A stretch of DNA of 64,000 nt from an uncultured Planctomycetales bacterium. Its GTDB lineage: Bacteria > Omnitrophota > Gorgyraeia > Zapsychrales > Fredricksoniimonadaceae. The position numbers and the translations under genes are program-made. This document shows positions 36,645 to 46,224 of the stretch, piece after piece. Within the stretch, counting starts at the first letter, position 1. Every line of letters begins with the position of its first letter. Under the pieces are notes generated by a model. That model did no database searches, was not told the DNA's origin, and saw only the letters and a list, made by a program, of their open reading frames with translations. The stretch covers positions 3,195 to 67,194 of the forward strand of contig CAZOXU010000009.1 of assembly GCA_964583975.1 (NCBI GenBank). Direction: 5' to 3'.

Positions 36645-39600
36645 ATGAATCTTTCGACATTTTTCGTTAACAGGCCTATTTTTGCAGGAGTTATCTCGGT
36701 CATGATTTTCTTGGCGGGGTTAATCTCCATGATACAACTGCCCATTTCTGAATATCCAGAAGTGACCCCACCATCAATTGTAGTCAGCGCCCAGTATCCT
36801 GGAGCTAATCCAAAAACAATTGCCGAGACTGTAGCTACACCGCTAGAAGAACAGATTAATGGTGTAGAGAATATGCTTTACATGCAATCTCAAACTTCTT
36901 CTGATGGAACCATGGCTCTGACGGTGACATTTAAAATAGGAACCGATGCTAATCTGGCCCAGCAACTGGTGCAAAATCGTGTGAATCAAGCTTTGCCTCG
37001 TTTACCAGAAGTAACGCGCCAATTAGGGCTCATCACTGTCAAAAGCTCTCCTGATTTAACCATGGTGGTGCATATAAAATCTCCTAGTGAGCGATACAAT
37101 GAATTGTATTTGAGAAATTATGCGGTGTTAAATGTCAAAGACCAATTGGCTAAAATTGAAGGAGTTGGCACCGTTCGGGTCTTTGGTTCTGGGGATTATG
37201 CCATGCGCATTTGGGTGAATCCCGACAAAATTGCCGAACGTGGGCTTACAGCAACCGAAGTAGTTAATGCCATTCGTTCTCAGAATGTTCAGGTGGCTGC
37301 TGGAGTCATCGGTGGTCCTCCTTATACGCAGAAGAATGAATTTCAAATGACCATCAATGCTCAAGGGCGTTTAACAGAGCCAGAGCAATTCGGTGAAATT
37401 ATTATTAAAAGAGAGAATGATGTCATCACTCGTCTTAAAGATGTGGCTCGTATTGAACTCGATTCTTCCATCTATAGTTTGAGATCTTTGTTGGACAATA
37501 AGCCCGCAGTCGCCGTTGCTATTTTTCAAGCTCCAGATTCCAATGCGATTGAAATTTCCAATCGTGTTCGTCAATCAATGAAGGAACTCAAGAAAAACTT
37601 TCCTGAAGGGGTGGATTTTTCCATTGTCTACGATCCAACGGTTTTCGTGCGAGGTTCCATTGAAGCTGTAATTCATACCATGCTTGAAGCGATTGGGCTG
37701 GTCGTCTTGGTGGTGATTTTATTTTTGCAAACCTGGCGCGCTTCGGTTATTCCACTCTTGGCCGTTCCTATTTCCATTATCGGAACCTTTGCCATCATGC
37801 ATTTGTTTGGTTTTTCTATTAACGTGCTTTCCTTATTCGGGATGGTTTTGGCAGTAGGGATTGTCGTTGATGATGCTATTGTAGTTGTTGAAAATGTGGA
37901 ACGTAATATTGAAAATGGGCTTTCCCCTCATGATGCAACCATTAAAGCCATGGGGGAGGTTACAGGACCTATTATTGCAATTATGTTGGTATTGTGTGCG
38001 GTGTTTATTCCGATTGCCTTTATCAGTGGTTTAACAGGACAATTCTATCGTCAATTTGCCTTAACCATTGCTTTTTCAACGATCATTTCCACATTCAATT
38101 CTTTGACCCTATCTCCAGCTCTTTGTGCTGTCTTACTTAAAGGTCACGATGCTCCCAAGGATAAATTAACAATTATCATGGATAAGATTTTTGGCGGATT
38201 TTTTGGATGGTTTAATCGTTTCTTTAAATCAAGTTCCACACAATATAGCAAGGGTGTAGGCGGTGTTATTCATCATAAGTCTAAGACGATTGGCGTTTAT
38301 CTGTTGCTTCTGGGGTTAACCTATGTTGGTTTTAAACACGTACCATCTGGATTTGTGCCTCTTCAAGATAAACAATATTTAATTAGTTTTGCCCAATTGC
38401 CTGAAGGAGCAACCCTTGATCGCACGGAGAAAGTTATTCGTGAAATGTCAGAAATTGCCATGAAAGAACCAGGCGTGCAAAATGCAGTTGCCTTTCCGGG
38501 GCTTTCTATTGCTGGATTTATGAACAGCTCTTCCGCAGGGATTGTTTTTGTGCCTTTGACATCTTTCGAAGAACGAAGAGGTAAACATCTTTCAGGTTTG
38601 GAGATTTCTCATAGTTTGCAAATGAAGTACATGGGCATAAAGGATGCCTTTATTGCAATTTTTCCACCTCCACCAGTTAGAGGGATTGGAACCATGGGAG
38701 GATTTAAATTACAAATTGAAGATAGAACTGATCTAGGCTATGAAGTTTTGGCAAGTACTGTACAGAAAATTACAGGAAAGGCTTATCAAACACCTGAACT
38801 GACCGGAGTCTTTTCTTCTTATAAGATTACTGTGCCTCAATTGTATGTGGATTTAGATCGCACCAAGGCCATGCAGTTGGGTGTGAATATTAAAGATGTC
38901 TTTGATACGATGCAGATTTATTTAGGGTCCATGTATGTGAATGATTTCAATAAATTTGGTCGTACCTATCAGGTGGTTGCCCAGGCAGACCGCGAGTTTC
39001 GTTCGACCAAGGAGGATATTCTTAAACTAAGGACCCGTAATGATAAAGGAGAAATGGTGCCCTTAGGTTCTGTGGTGCAAATCCAAGAAATGACAGGTCC
39101 AGAAACTGTGACTCGTTACAATGGCTTTCGTGCAGCTGATATTAACGGCGGTCCAGCCCCAGGCTTTTCTTCAGGTCAAGCCCAGGAAGTTATTACCAAG
39201 ATTCTTGATGAGAACTTGCCTAAAGGAATGACCTACGAATGGACAGATTTGGTGTATCAACAGATTTTGGCTGGAAACACTACCTTATTGGTTTTTCCAC
39301 TGTGCGTATTGTTGGTGTTTTTAGTGCTCTCAGCGCAGTATGAAAGCTTTGTTTTGCCCTTAGCGATTATTTTGATTGTACCGATGTGTCTATTCTCAGC
39401 GATTATGGGGGTTTGGGTCACAGGTGGAGACAATAATATTTTTACACAGATTGCTTTGTTTGTTTTGATTGGGCTAGCGTGTAAGAACGCGATTTTAATC
39501 GTGGAATTTGCCCATCAATTGGAGCTTCAGGGAAAAGAAACATTGGCTGCGGCCATTGAAGCTGCTCGGTTACGATTAAGACCTATTTTGATGACGTCTT

Positions 39601-39800
39601 TTGCTTTTATCATGGGGGTAACGCCGCTGGTATTGTCGCATGGAGCTGGTGCTGAAATGCGTCATGCTATGGGAATTGCAGTATTTGCTGGGATGTTAGG
39701 TGTCACCTTTTTTGGAATATTTTTAACCCCACTGTTTTATGTGATTTTAAGAATTTTAGAAAAACGCGTGAAGGGCCAGGGTCAGATCAAGCACGCTTAA
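36645..39800 (+). CDS. RND multidrug efflux transporter (AcrB/HAE1 family)
   Basis: 1051 aa, 12 TM with two large periplasmic loops. Begins with the MNLSTFFVNRPIFA motif typical of AcrB. Confidence 0.85.
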   Translation: MNLSTFFVNRPIFAGVISVMIFLAGLISMIQLPISEYPEVTPPSIVVSAQYPGANPKTIAETVATPLEEQINGVENMLYMQSQTSSDGTMALTVTFKIGTDANLAQQLVQNRVNQALPRLPEVTRQLGLITVKSSPDLTMVVHIKSPSERYNELYLRNYAVLNVKDQLAKIEGVGTVRVFGSGDYAMRIWVNPDKIAERGLTATEVVNAIRSQNVQVAAGVIGGPPYTQKNEFQMTINAQGRLTEPEQFGEIIIKRENDVITRLKDVARIELDSSIYSLRSLLDNKPAVAVAIFQAPDSNAIEISNRVRQSMKELKKNFPEGVDFSIVYDPTVFVRGSIEAVIHTMLEAIGLVVLVVILFLQTWRASVIPLLAVPISIIGTFAIMHLFGFSINVLSLFGMVLAVGIVVDDAIVVVENVERNIENGLSPHDATIKAMGEVTGPIIAIMLVLCAVFIPIAFISGLTGQFYRQFALTIAFSTIISTFNSLTLSPALCAVLLKGHDAPKDKLTIIMDKIFGGFFGWFNRFFKSSSTQYSKGVGGVIHHKSKTIGVYLLLLGLTYVGFKHVPSGFVPLQDKQYLISFAQLPEGATLDRTEKVIREMSEIAMKEPGVQNAVAFPGLSIAGFMNSSSAGIVFVPLTSFEERRGKHLSGLEISHSLQMKYMGIKDAFIAIFPPPPVRGIGTMGGFKLQIEDRTDLGYEVLASTVQKITGKAYQTPELTGVFSSYKITVPQLYVDLDRTKAMQLGVNIKDVFDTMQIYLGSMYVNDFNKFGRTYQVVAQADREFRSTKEDILKLRTRNDKGEMVPLGSVVQIQEMTGPETVTRYNGFRAADINGGPAPGFSSGQAQEVITKILDENLPKGMTYEWTDLVYQQILAGNTTLLVFPLCVLLVFLVLSAQYESFVLPLAIILIVPMCLFSAIMGVWVTGGDNNIFTQIALFVLIGLACKNAILIVEFAHQLELQGKETLAAAIEAARLRLRPILMTSFAFIMGVTPLVLSHGAGAEMRHAMGIAVFAGMLGVTFFGIFLTPLFYVILRILEKRVKGQGQIKHA

Positions 39801-39807
39801 AGGTAGA

Positions 39808-41217
39808 ATGATGAATAAGAAATTTTTATATTTAACTGTAATAGTTGGTTTTTTAAGCTCATGTGCTTCGCCTCATGTCTGGCAAGCATCCGGGGTTGAG
39901 ACGCCTTCTAAGTGGAGCCGATGGTTCGCTCCTAAGAAATCAAACAATTTGGATGCAACGCTGGTGGTCGATGACAAAGTACAAGTGGAGCATCACTGGT
40001 GGCGACATTTCAACGATCCTGTGCTCGATCAATTAATTGAGCAGGCAGTGGCTAATAATAAAACATTAGCGATGGCCAAGGCGCGCGTGGAGCAAGCCCG
40101 AGCCACCGTAGGTTTTGCTCGAGCTAATCAATTGCCTCAATTTGATTTGATTGCCAAACCTAAGCGTGGCTATGAAGGGCTCACCGAGGACGATAAGCCT
40201 AGAAACACCTTGGATGCTAATATTCAAGCCACCTGGGAAATTGATATTTTTGGACGTAATCTTCCAAGAAAGGCCCAGGCTCAGACCATTTTGCAATCTC
40301 AAGAAGCGAGCCGGCAGGCTGTTTTAGTAGGGCTCTTGGCTGAGGTGGGACGTAACTATTTTGATTTACGTAATTACGAACAACAAATTGCCATTACCAA
40401 AAAGAATTTGGAAAATCAACGTAAGACCTTGGACTTGATTAAGGCCCAGCTCAAGGGGGCTCTAGTCAGTGATTTTGATGTTCAGCGTGCAGGGGCCCAG
40501 GTTTCCACGACTGAATCCCAACTTCCATTATTACAAGGGGCTTATGAAGCAACCTTGAATCGTATCAATGTGCTCTTGGGTTCAGCGCCTGGCTCTAAAG
40601 ATGATTTAATTAAACCTCAAACGTCTCAAGGGGATTTGGATCAACATATTCTTGTGGCTGCTCCAGCAACGGTATTAGCCAATCGTCCAGATGTGGAAGC
40701 TGCCGAACGTTCTTTTGCAGCGAGCATCTCTAACAAGGAAGCAGCCCAGCGGCAATTTTTTCCAAAGATTTCTTTATTGAGTTTTTTTGGTGTTCATGAG
40801 TCTAATTTAATATCAAGCAATCCCTGGAGTGCGGGAATAACCTTGGTGCAGCCTATTTTAGATTTTGGAAGAATCCGTTCGGACATCAATCTAGCCAAGG
40901 CCCAAGAACGAGAAGCTTTTCTCAATTATCAACAAACCGTATTAGAAGCACTTGAAGATATGGAGAATGCTTTATCTGCCTATAAGAATGAAATGCTGCG
41001 TAATGCTTCACTCAAAACTTCCGTCGAACAAAATCGTAAAGCTGCCGATTTGGCTGAGCAACAATTCCAAAGCGGTTACACTGCGCTTTTAGATGTGCTG
41101 GTGGCTCAACGCAGCGTTTTGGATGCAGAATCTAATTTCGCTGACTCGCAAGCTAAGATAAGAAAGAATTTGATTGGGATCTATGCTGCTTCAGGTGGCG
41201 GTTGGCTGGTTGAATAG
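39808..41217 (+). CDS. Outer membrane factor lipoprotein (NodT/OprM family)
   Basis: Lipobox LSSCAS. Duplicated OEP helical/beta-barrel repeats. Confidence 0.8.
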   Translation: MMNKKFLYLTVIVGFLSSCASPHVWQASGVETPSKWSRWFAPKKSNNLDATLVVDDKVQVEHHWWRHFNDPVLDQLIEQAVANNKTLAMAKARVEQARATVGFARANQLPQFDLIAKPKRGYEGLTEDDKPRNTLDANIQATWEIDIFGRNLPRKAQAQTILQSQEASRQAVLVGLLAEVGRNYFDLRNYEQQIAITKKNLENQRKTLDLIKAQLKGALVSDFDVQRAGAQVSTTESQLPLLQGAYEATLNRINVLLGSAPGSKDDLIKPQTSQGDLDQHILVAAPATVLANRPDVEAAERSFAASISNKEAAQRQFFPKISLLSFFGVHESNLISSNPWSAGITLVQPILDFGRIRSDINLAKAQEREAFLNYQQTVLEALEDMENALSAYKNEMLRNASLKTSVEQNRKAADLAEQQFQSGYTALLDVLVAQRSVLDAESNFADSQAKIRKNLIGIYAASGGGWLVE

Positions 41218-41471
41218 TTGAGTTTTGCTTTAAGTTGATCCTTGACCTTTTGGGGCAAGGATTTTTCTTTTTGTGGTTGATAATTGCGTAAGAGATTGCG
41301 CATAGCATTAATTTGTTTTGAAAATTGAACACAAAGCGAACAAACAGTCCAATGTAGTTTTAAATCGAATGTTTCTTTAATAGAAAGTTTGCGTTCCATA
41401 GCCAGTGATGATAATCGGGTAGCTTCTTGGCAGGATACTATTGGTAATAGGTTTAATAATTTATTAATCAT
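41181..41471 (-). CDS. Zinc-finger anti-sigma factor (zf-HC2, ChrR-like), small
   Basis: H..C..C motif (LHWTVCSLCVQ). Its start overlaps the ECF sigma stop. Confidence 0.5.
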   Translation of the reverse strand: MINKLLNLLPIVSCQEATRLSSLAMERKLSIKETFDLKLHWTVCSLCVQFSKQINAMRNLLRNYQPQKEKSLPQKVKDQLKAKLNYSTSQPPPEAA

Positions 41472-42033
41472 GTGTGAACCAGTTTTTTTCTAGGCATGCT
41501 CGTAATTGAATACGTGCGCGATGTAGTAATACCCACAAATTAGTCGAAGAAATTCCTAAAACCTTACAAATTTCAGATGATTTCATAGCTTCAATTTCAC
41601 GTAACGCAAAAGCTTGGCTGGTTTTCTCAGGCAAACGACTTAAACAATTATTAAAGGTTTCCCAAAATTCTTTATTTTCCATTAAAACAGTAGGGTTAAA
41701 TTTCCAAGCCGTAGGTTCTTGAGCTAAATGACCACTTTGGCTATCAAAGAACCCTTCGATGGTTTTGTCGTCATCAATGAGTTGGGAGGCAGGAATTTCT
41801 TTATATTTAGCTCTTAAGTGATCAGTGATTTTATTTTTGAGGATACCAATCAGCCATGTTTTTTCAGAAGATTGGCTAGAGAAGGTGTGGTGATTTTTAA
41901 GTGCAGCTAGAAAGGTTTCTTGGATAAGATTCTGAGCTACATCATCCTGAGGGATAAACTTTAAAGCAAAGCAATAGAGGTCATCAGAATATAAATCTAC
42001 CCATTCAGTTGGAGTGCTTGGAACATTAAGCAT
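41464..42033 (-). CDS. ECF (sigma-70 family group IV) sigma factor
   Basis: Region 2 (LIQETFL) and region 4 HTH (SEICKVLGISSTNLWVLLHRARIQLR). Confidence 0.75.
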   Translation of the reverse strand: MLNVPSTPTEWVDLYSDDLYCFALKFIPQDDVAQNLIQETFLAALKNHHTFSSQSSEKTWLIGILKNKITDHLRAKYKEIPASQLIDDDKTIEGFFDSQSGHLAQEPTAWKFNPTVLMENKEFWETFNNCLSRLPEKTSQAFALREIEAMKSSEICKVLGISSTNLWVLLHRARIQLRACLEKNWFTHD

Positions 42034-42174
42034 GGAGTTAATTTAGCAGTTTTAATTCCATTGACAAGATTAAAAAAGATTGTAAGGTTTTAATGATTCG
42101 TACGACTAATTCATAACAAGGGCAGGGGCTCTGAAAAGAAAAGGTCAAAGAACAATGTACAAAGGGGAGGAAGT

Positions 42175-42786
42175 ATGAAAGGTATTGCATCAGTTTTCTC
42201 AGTAATGATTTTAGGATTAGGGCTCATATTGCCAGTATTATCAAGAGCAGAGATGAAAGATACAATGGCTAAAGATGTTTCTGTAAAAGCCGAGGCTCTT
42301 AAAGCTGATTCTGTAGTCGCTGTTAATGATGTGGCTCAAAATGTGAATACTTCACCAGCCTTGGATGGTTTTTGTGCCACCTGCATTATTAACGGGAACA
42401 AAACAATGGGTAGCGCAGAGTTTACATCAGTATATGAAGGCAAAACCTATATGTTTTCCTCTGCAGAAACAAAGAAAGTTTTCGATGTAAACCCAGCCTT
42501 AAATTCAAAATTAGCTGAGTTAAAATATGAAGCTATGAAAAATGAAGGAGCGAATGGTGGGGCTATGCAGGCGAAAGATGGCGTGATCAATCTTGGAGAC
42601 CTGTTGAAAGCTCAAGCCAAGAAAGATGGCGATCAAATGAAGCAAGAAGTTGCAAAAGATGTTGAAGGTATGAAGGATGCGATGAAAAAAGATGTAGATA
42701 TGATGAAAAGCGAAATGAAAAAAGAGGCCGGAACAATGGATTCTGTATTGACTGATGCGAAAACCAAAGAAGAAGTGAAGAAATAA
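42175..42786 (+). CDS. Periplasmic YHS-like domain protein with a Met/Lys/Asp-rich repetitive tail (putative Cu/metal binding)
   Basis: Signal peptide. DGFCATC...YEGKTYMFSSAETKKVFDVNPA (YHS-like). Tail DVEGMKDAMKKDVDMMKSEMKK. Confidence 0.5.
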   Translation: MKGIASVFSVMILGLGLILPVLSRAEMKDTMAKDVSVKAEALKADSVVAVNDVAQNVNTSPALDGFCATCIINGNKTMGSAEFTSVYEGKTYMFSSAETKKVFDVNPALNSKLAELKYEAMKNEGANGGAMQAKDGVINLGDLLKAQAKKDGDQMKQEVAKDVEGMKDAMKKDVDMMKSEMKKEAGTMDSVLTDAKTKEEVKK

Positions 42787-42845
42787 GAATTAAAGAATGG
42801 GGCTGGCTTAACAGCCAGCCCTTTAAATTTTTTAAGAGATCACTT

Positions 42846-43919
42846 ATGGTATCACAATTCATAGCTTTCTATTTTGCAGGGTTGGCTGTCAATCTGACAC
42901 CATGTGTTTATCCCATGTTGACAGTGACGGCGTCTTTGTTTAAACCTAAGAAAGATTCCCAAGAGACCATCAGGCATTCATTTTTAAAAGCCTTTATTTA
43001 CGTCCTTGGCATTGTTTTGATGTACAGCATCTTGGGATATTTGGCGGCTTTTGGGGGCAAATTATTTGGTTCAGCGCTTCAAAGTAGATGGGTTTTGGGA
43101 GCCGTCTCTTTGATGATGTTTGCACTAGCCTTATCCATGTTTGGATTGTTCCAAATTAGAATTCCTCAAGAATTGCTTAATAGCCTAAGTGGATTTAGAA
43201 AAGCTAATTATTTGGGATTGTTTATTTCCGGGATTCTGGTGGGTTATTTCGCGGCCCCCTGCATCGGTCCGCCAGTGCTTGCTTTATTAGCTGCGGTTGC
43301 CAATAGTGGAGATCCTAACTTTGGTTTTTGGGCCTTCTTCGTTTTTTCTTGGGGACTAGGAACTCCCTATTTATTATTAGGAACATTTTCAAAGTTAATC
43401 ACTAAATTGCCTAAAGCTGGACGATGGCTTGTTTGGGTTGAGCGATTTTTTGGGGTGGTGTTATTAGGTTTTGCATTTTGGTATTTATTCTTAGCCTTAC
43501 ATATCAGCGGTCCTAAAACCTCTAAGGAAGAAATTTTTAAGCCCTACACGCAAACGACGCTGGAACAGTTGATCAAAGAGCATAAGCCTGTTGTTTTAGA
43601 TTTTTATGCTGATTGGTGCATTGGTTGTATTGAAATGGATAAGAAAGTTTTTTCAAATCCCGCAATTAAACTAAAGCTTTCACAAATTACGACTCTTCGT
43701 GTTGATGCAACGAATATTGATGCTCCGGAAACTTCAAAGATCATTGATCAATTCGGCGTTATTGGCCTTCCAACGATTATTTTTTTAGATACAAACGGTC
43801 AAGAGATCAAAAGTGCAAGAATAGAGGGCGAGGAATCAGCCAAGGGTTTCCAGAAAGCATTAGATCTTTGGGCCCAGAAGGTCGGAGTTAATTTTTCGCC
43901 ACAGGCGGACCAGCCTTAG
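42846..43919 (+). CDS. dsbD: Thiol:disulfide interchange protein DsbD-like (CcdA-type TM domain plus C-terminal thioredoxin domain)
   Basis: TM Cys pair (LTPCVYP, APCIGP). C-terminal thioredoxin fold with WCIGC. Confidence 0.75.
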   Translation: MVSQFIAFYFAGLAVNLTPCVYPMLTVTASLFKPKKDSQETIRHSFLKAFIYVLGIVLMYSILGYLAAFGGKLFGSALQSRWVLGAVSLMMFALALSMFGLFQIRIPQELLNSLSGFRKANYLGLFISGILVGYFAAPCIGPPVLALLAAVANSGDPNFGFWAFFVFSWGLGTPYLLLGTFSKLITKLPKAGRWLVWVERFFGVVLLGFAFWYLFLALHISGPKTSKEEIFKPYTQTTLEQLIKEHKPVVLDFYADWCIGCIEMDKKVFSNPAIKLKLSQITTLRVDATNIDAPETSKIIDQFGVIGLPTIIFLDTNGQEIKSARIEGEESAKGFQKALDLWAQKVGVNFSPQADQP

Positions 43920-43942
43920 GTTGGTAATATTAGGATGCGGTC

Positions 43943-44476
43943 ATGCACAAGTTATTCTTGATTGCTGTTTTTCTTTCAGCGGGTTTATTGATGGCGCATG
44001 CCAAGGGGGAAAATATGAATATTATAAAGGCCGGCAAAATTCGTATTTGGGATGTTAAAAGCAATTCTTATCAAGAAGTTGATAAGATTATTAAATCTGA
44101 TGCAGAATGGAAAAAGATTTTAACTCCCCAGCAATACGAAGTTACACGCGCGCATGGAACTGAGCGTGCTTTTTGTGGGCTTCCCACCAAAGATCATAAA
44201 AAAGGGATTTATAAATGTGTTGGCTGTAATACCGACCTTTTCAAGGCTGGTGAGAAATTTGAATCAGGCACAGGTTGGCCATCTTTTTGGCAGCCGCTCA
44301 ATGAAGCCAATGTCGGTTACACTGAAGATTTTGATTTTGGTATGCATCGTACTGAGGTGCATTGTGCTCGATGTGGAGGGCATTTAGGTCATGTGTTTGA
44401 TGATGGTCCTCCACCAACCGGTAAACGATATTGTATTAATTCAGTGGCGCTGAAATTTGTGCCGGATGGAAAATAG
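43943..44476 (+). CDS. msrB: Peptide-methionine (R)-S-oxide reductase MsrB, periplasmic (signal peptide)
   Basis: CxxC pairs, GTGWPSF and HLGHVFDDGP motifs. Confidence 0.85.
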   Translation: MHKLFLIAVFLSAGLLMAHAKGENMNIIKAGKIRIWDVKSNSYQEVDKIIKSDAEWKKILTPQQYEVTRAHGTERAFCGLPTKDHKKGIYKCVGCNTDLFKAGEKFESGTGWPSFWQPLNEANVGYTEDFDFGMHRTEVHCARCGGHLGHVFDDGPPPTGKRYCINSVALKFVPDGK

Positions 44477-44484
44477 GAATTCCT

Positions 44485-45099
44485 ATGCGGCTACCATTTT
44501 TATTTTTAGCATTATTAATATTTAGTACTGTATCGGTTCACGCCAAGGAGGAAGGTATGAAGCAGGATCAATTACAGAAAGCTACATTTGCAGGAGGATG
44601 CTTTTGGTGTATGCAACCTTTTTTTGATCGTCTTAAAGGAGTGAAGCAAAGTTTAGTAGGTTACACAGGCGGACATACCAATAATCCCACTTACGAAGAG
44701 GTTTCTATGGGCGATACGGGGCATGCAGAGGCCATTGAAATTACCTTTGATCCCAAAGAGACAAGCTATGAGCAATTGTTAAATATTTATTGGCGCAATA
44801 TTGATCCAACGGTTGAGAATGCCCAATTTGTAGATCATGGCACACAGTATCGAAGTGCTATTTTTTATCACAGTGAGGAGCAGAAGCGTTTAGCAGAGTT
44901 TTCTAAAAAAGAATTGGCTGATTCGGGTCGATTTGATAAACCAATCGTCACCCCCATTGTGCCTGCGACTAAATTTTATCCTGCCGAAGATTATCATCAG
45001 AAATACTATCAAAAAAGTCCTATCAGGTACAAGATGTATCATGACAATTCAGGCCGTGATGAGTTCTTGGAACATATTTGGGGTAAGCAGTCCCACTAG
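44485..45099 (+). CDS. msrA: Peptide-methionine (S)-S-oxide reductase MsrA, periplasmic (signal peptide)
   Basis: GCFWC active-site motif. 204 aa. Confidence 0.85.
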   Translation: MRLPFLFLALLIFSTVSVHAKEEGMKQDQLQKATFAGGCFWCMQPFFDRLKGVKQSLVGYTGGHTNNPTYEEVSMGDTGHAEAIEITFDPKETSYEQLLNIYWRNIDPTVENAQFVDHGTQYRSAIFYHSEEQKRLAEFSKKELADSGRFDKPIVTPIVPATKFYPAEDYHQKYYQKSPIRYKMYHDNSGRDEFLEHIWGKQSH

Positions 45100-45166
45100 G
45101 GAACTTTTGGGGAAGTTTTTGTGTCTAAGCTAATGAAGACTAGCACAAAAACCTAGGAGGTAGAAT

Positions 45167-45781
45167 ATGTTAGCGTTCAAGAAATTCTTATTCGTTGTTT
45201 CTTTTGCAGCCTTAGTTTTATTAGCCCAGTCATCTCAGGCTCAGGCTTCTTCATGGTCTGTTAATATTGGTGTAGGAGATCATCATCACAGGCAATATCA
45301 AAGCCATTGCCGTGTTTTACCACATGGATATCATCCTGTGAGAGGTTTTGGAGGACATCGTTATTACTATTATGATGGAGTTTATTATCGAGGATATCCA
45401 GGAAATTATGTGCTCATTTCAGCTCCTGTAGGAGTAGTTGTTTCGTCGATCCCTTGGGGGCATCATAAGGTATGGATTGGTGGTAGATATTATTACGAGT
45501 ACGAAGGAACCTATTATCAGCCTATTGCAGGCGGCTATCAAGTTGTTCAGTCCCCAGTAGTTGTCCAATCTCCGGTGCTGGTCAGCAGCCCTACGACAGC
45601 CCCATCAAATGTTGTGACCGTTGATGGACAGGAAGACCTAACAGTTAATGTGCCTAATTCGCAAGGCGGCTTTACACCTGTTATACTTAAAAGGTCAGGA
45701 GAAGGTTTTATTGGACCCCAAGGAGAATTTTATACGCAATTTCCAAAGATAGCTCAACTGAAGGTTATGTATGGAAAATAA
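45167..45781 (+). CDS. Secreted Tyr/Gly-rich repeat protein of unknown function
   Basis: Signal peptide. Repeated YYYYDGVYYRGYPGNY and GGRYYYEYEGTYYQP segments. Confidence 0.4.
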   Translation: MLAFKKFLFVVSFAALVLLAQSSQAQASSWSVNIGVGDHHHRQYQSHCRVLPHGYHPVRGFGGHRYYYYDGVYYRGYPGNYVLISAPVGVVVSSIPWGHHKVWIGGRYYYEYEGTYYQPIAGGYQVVQSPVVVQSPVLVSSPTTAPSNVVTVDGQEDLTVNVPNSQGGFTPVILKRSGEGFIGPQGEFYTQFPKIAQLKVMYGK

Positions 45782-45793
45782 TAGGAGGAGCAG

Positions 45794-46021
45794 ATGAAAA
45801 CAAAATTGATAGGATTATGGACCGTGGGTATACTGGCTTTATCAATCCCTGTTGTTTATGCCTGTGGCGGCAATGGAGGTAACTTTGTAGGTGGACAATC
45901 TAATGCTGGACATGACAGATCTGTGAGCGATACGCATAAAAAACATGGAAAAGCCAAACATGATTGTCAGCTGGCTAGCCAATCGAAAAAAGACTGCGGT
46001 TGCAAATCCCGCCATAGATAA
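45794..46021 (+). CDS. Small secreted His/Cys/Lys-rich protein
   Basis: Signal peptide. 75 aa. Confidence 0.3.
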   Translation: MKTKLIGLWTVGILALSIPVVYACGGNGGNFVGGQSNAGHDRSVSDTHKKHGKAKHDCQLASQSKKDCGCKSRHR

Positions 46022-46056
46022 TTTGTGCTTCTTAAAGTCATGCAAAGAAACTACTT

Positions 46057-46081
46057 AGGCCTAAACGCAATGTTTAGGCCT
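46057..46081 (+). terminator. Perfect 10-bp stem-loop (AGGCCTAAAC-gcaat-GTTTAGGCCT) downstream of the small secreted-protein gene. Terminator-like with a weak U tract.
   Basis: Inverted repeat read directly. Followed by TTGCTGTAAAAAC. Confidence 0.35.
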
Positions 46082-46224
46082 TGCTGTAAAAACATTAATT
46101 CTTAATAAAACCTGCCTTGTTTAGCAATTCCTAAAATATTTCATTTTGGGGTTGCGTATATATACATTCACATTTAATATAAAAATACATTTTTGATAAA
46201 ATTTCCTAACTAGGGAGGAGTTTC

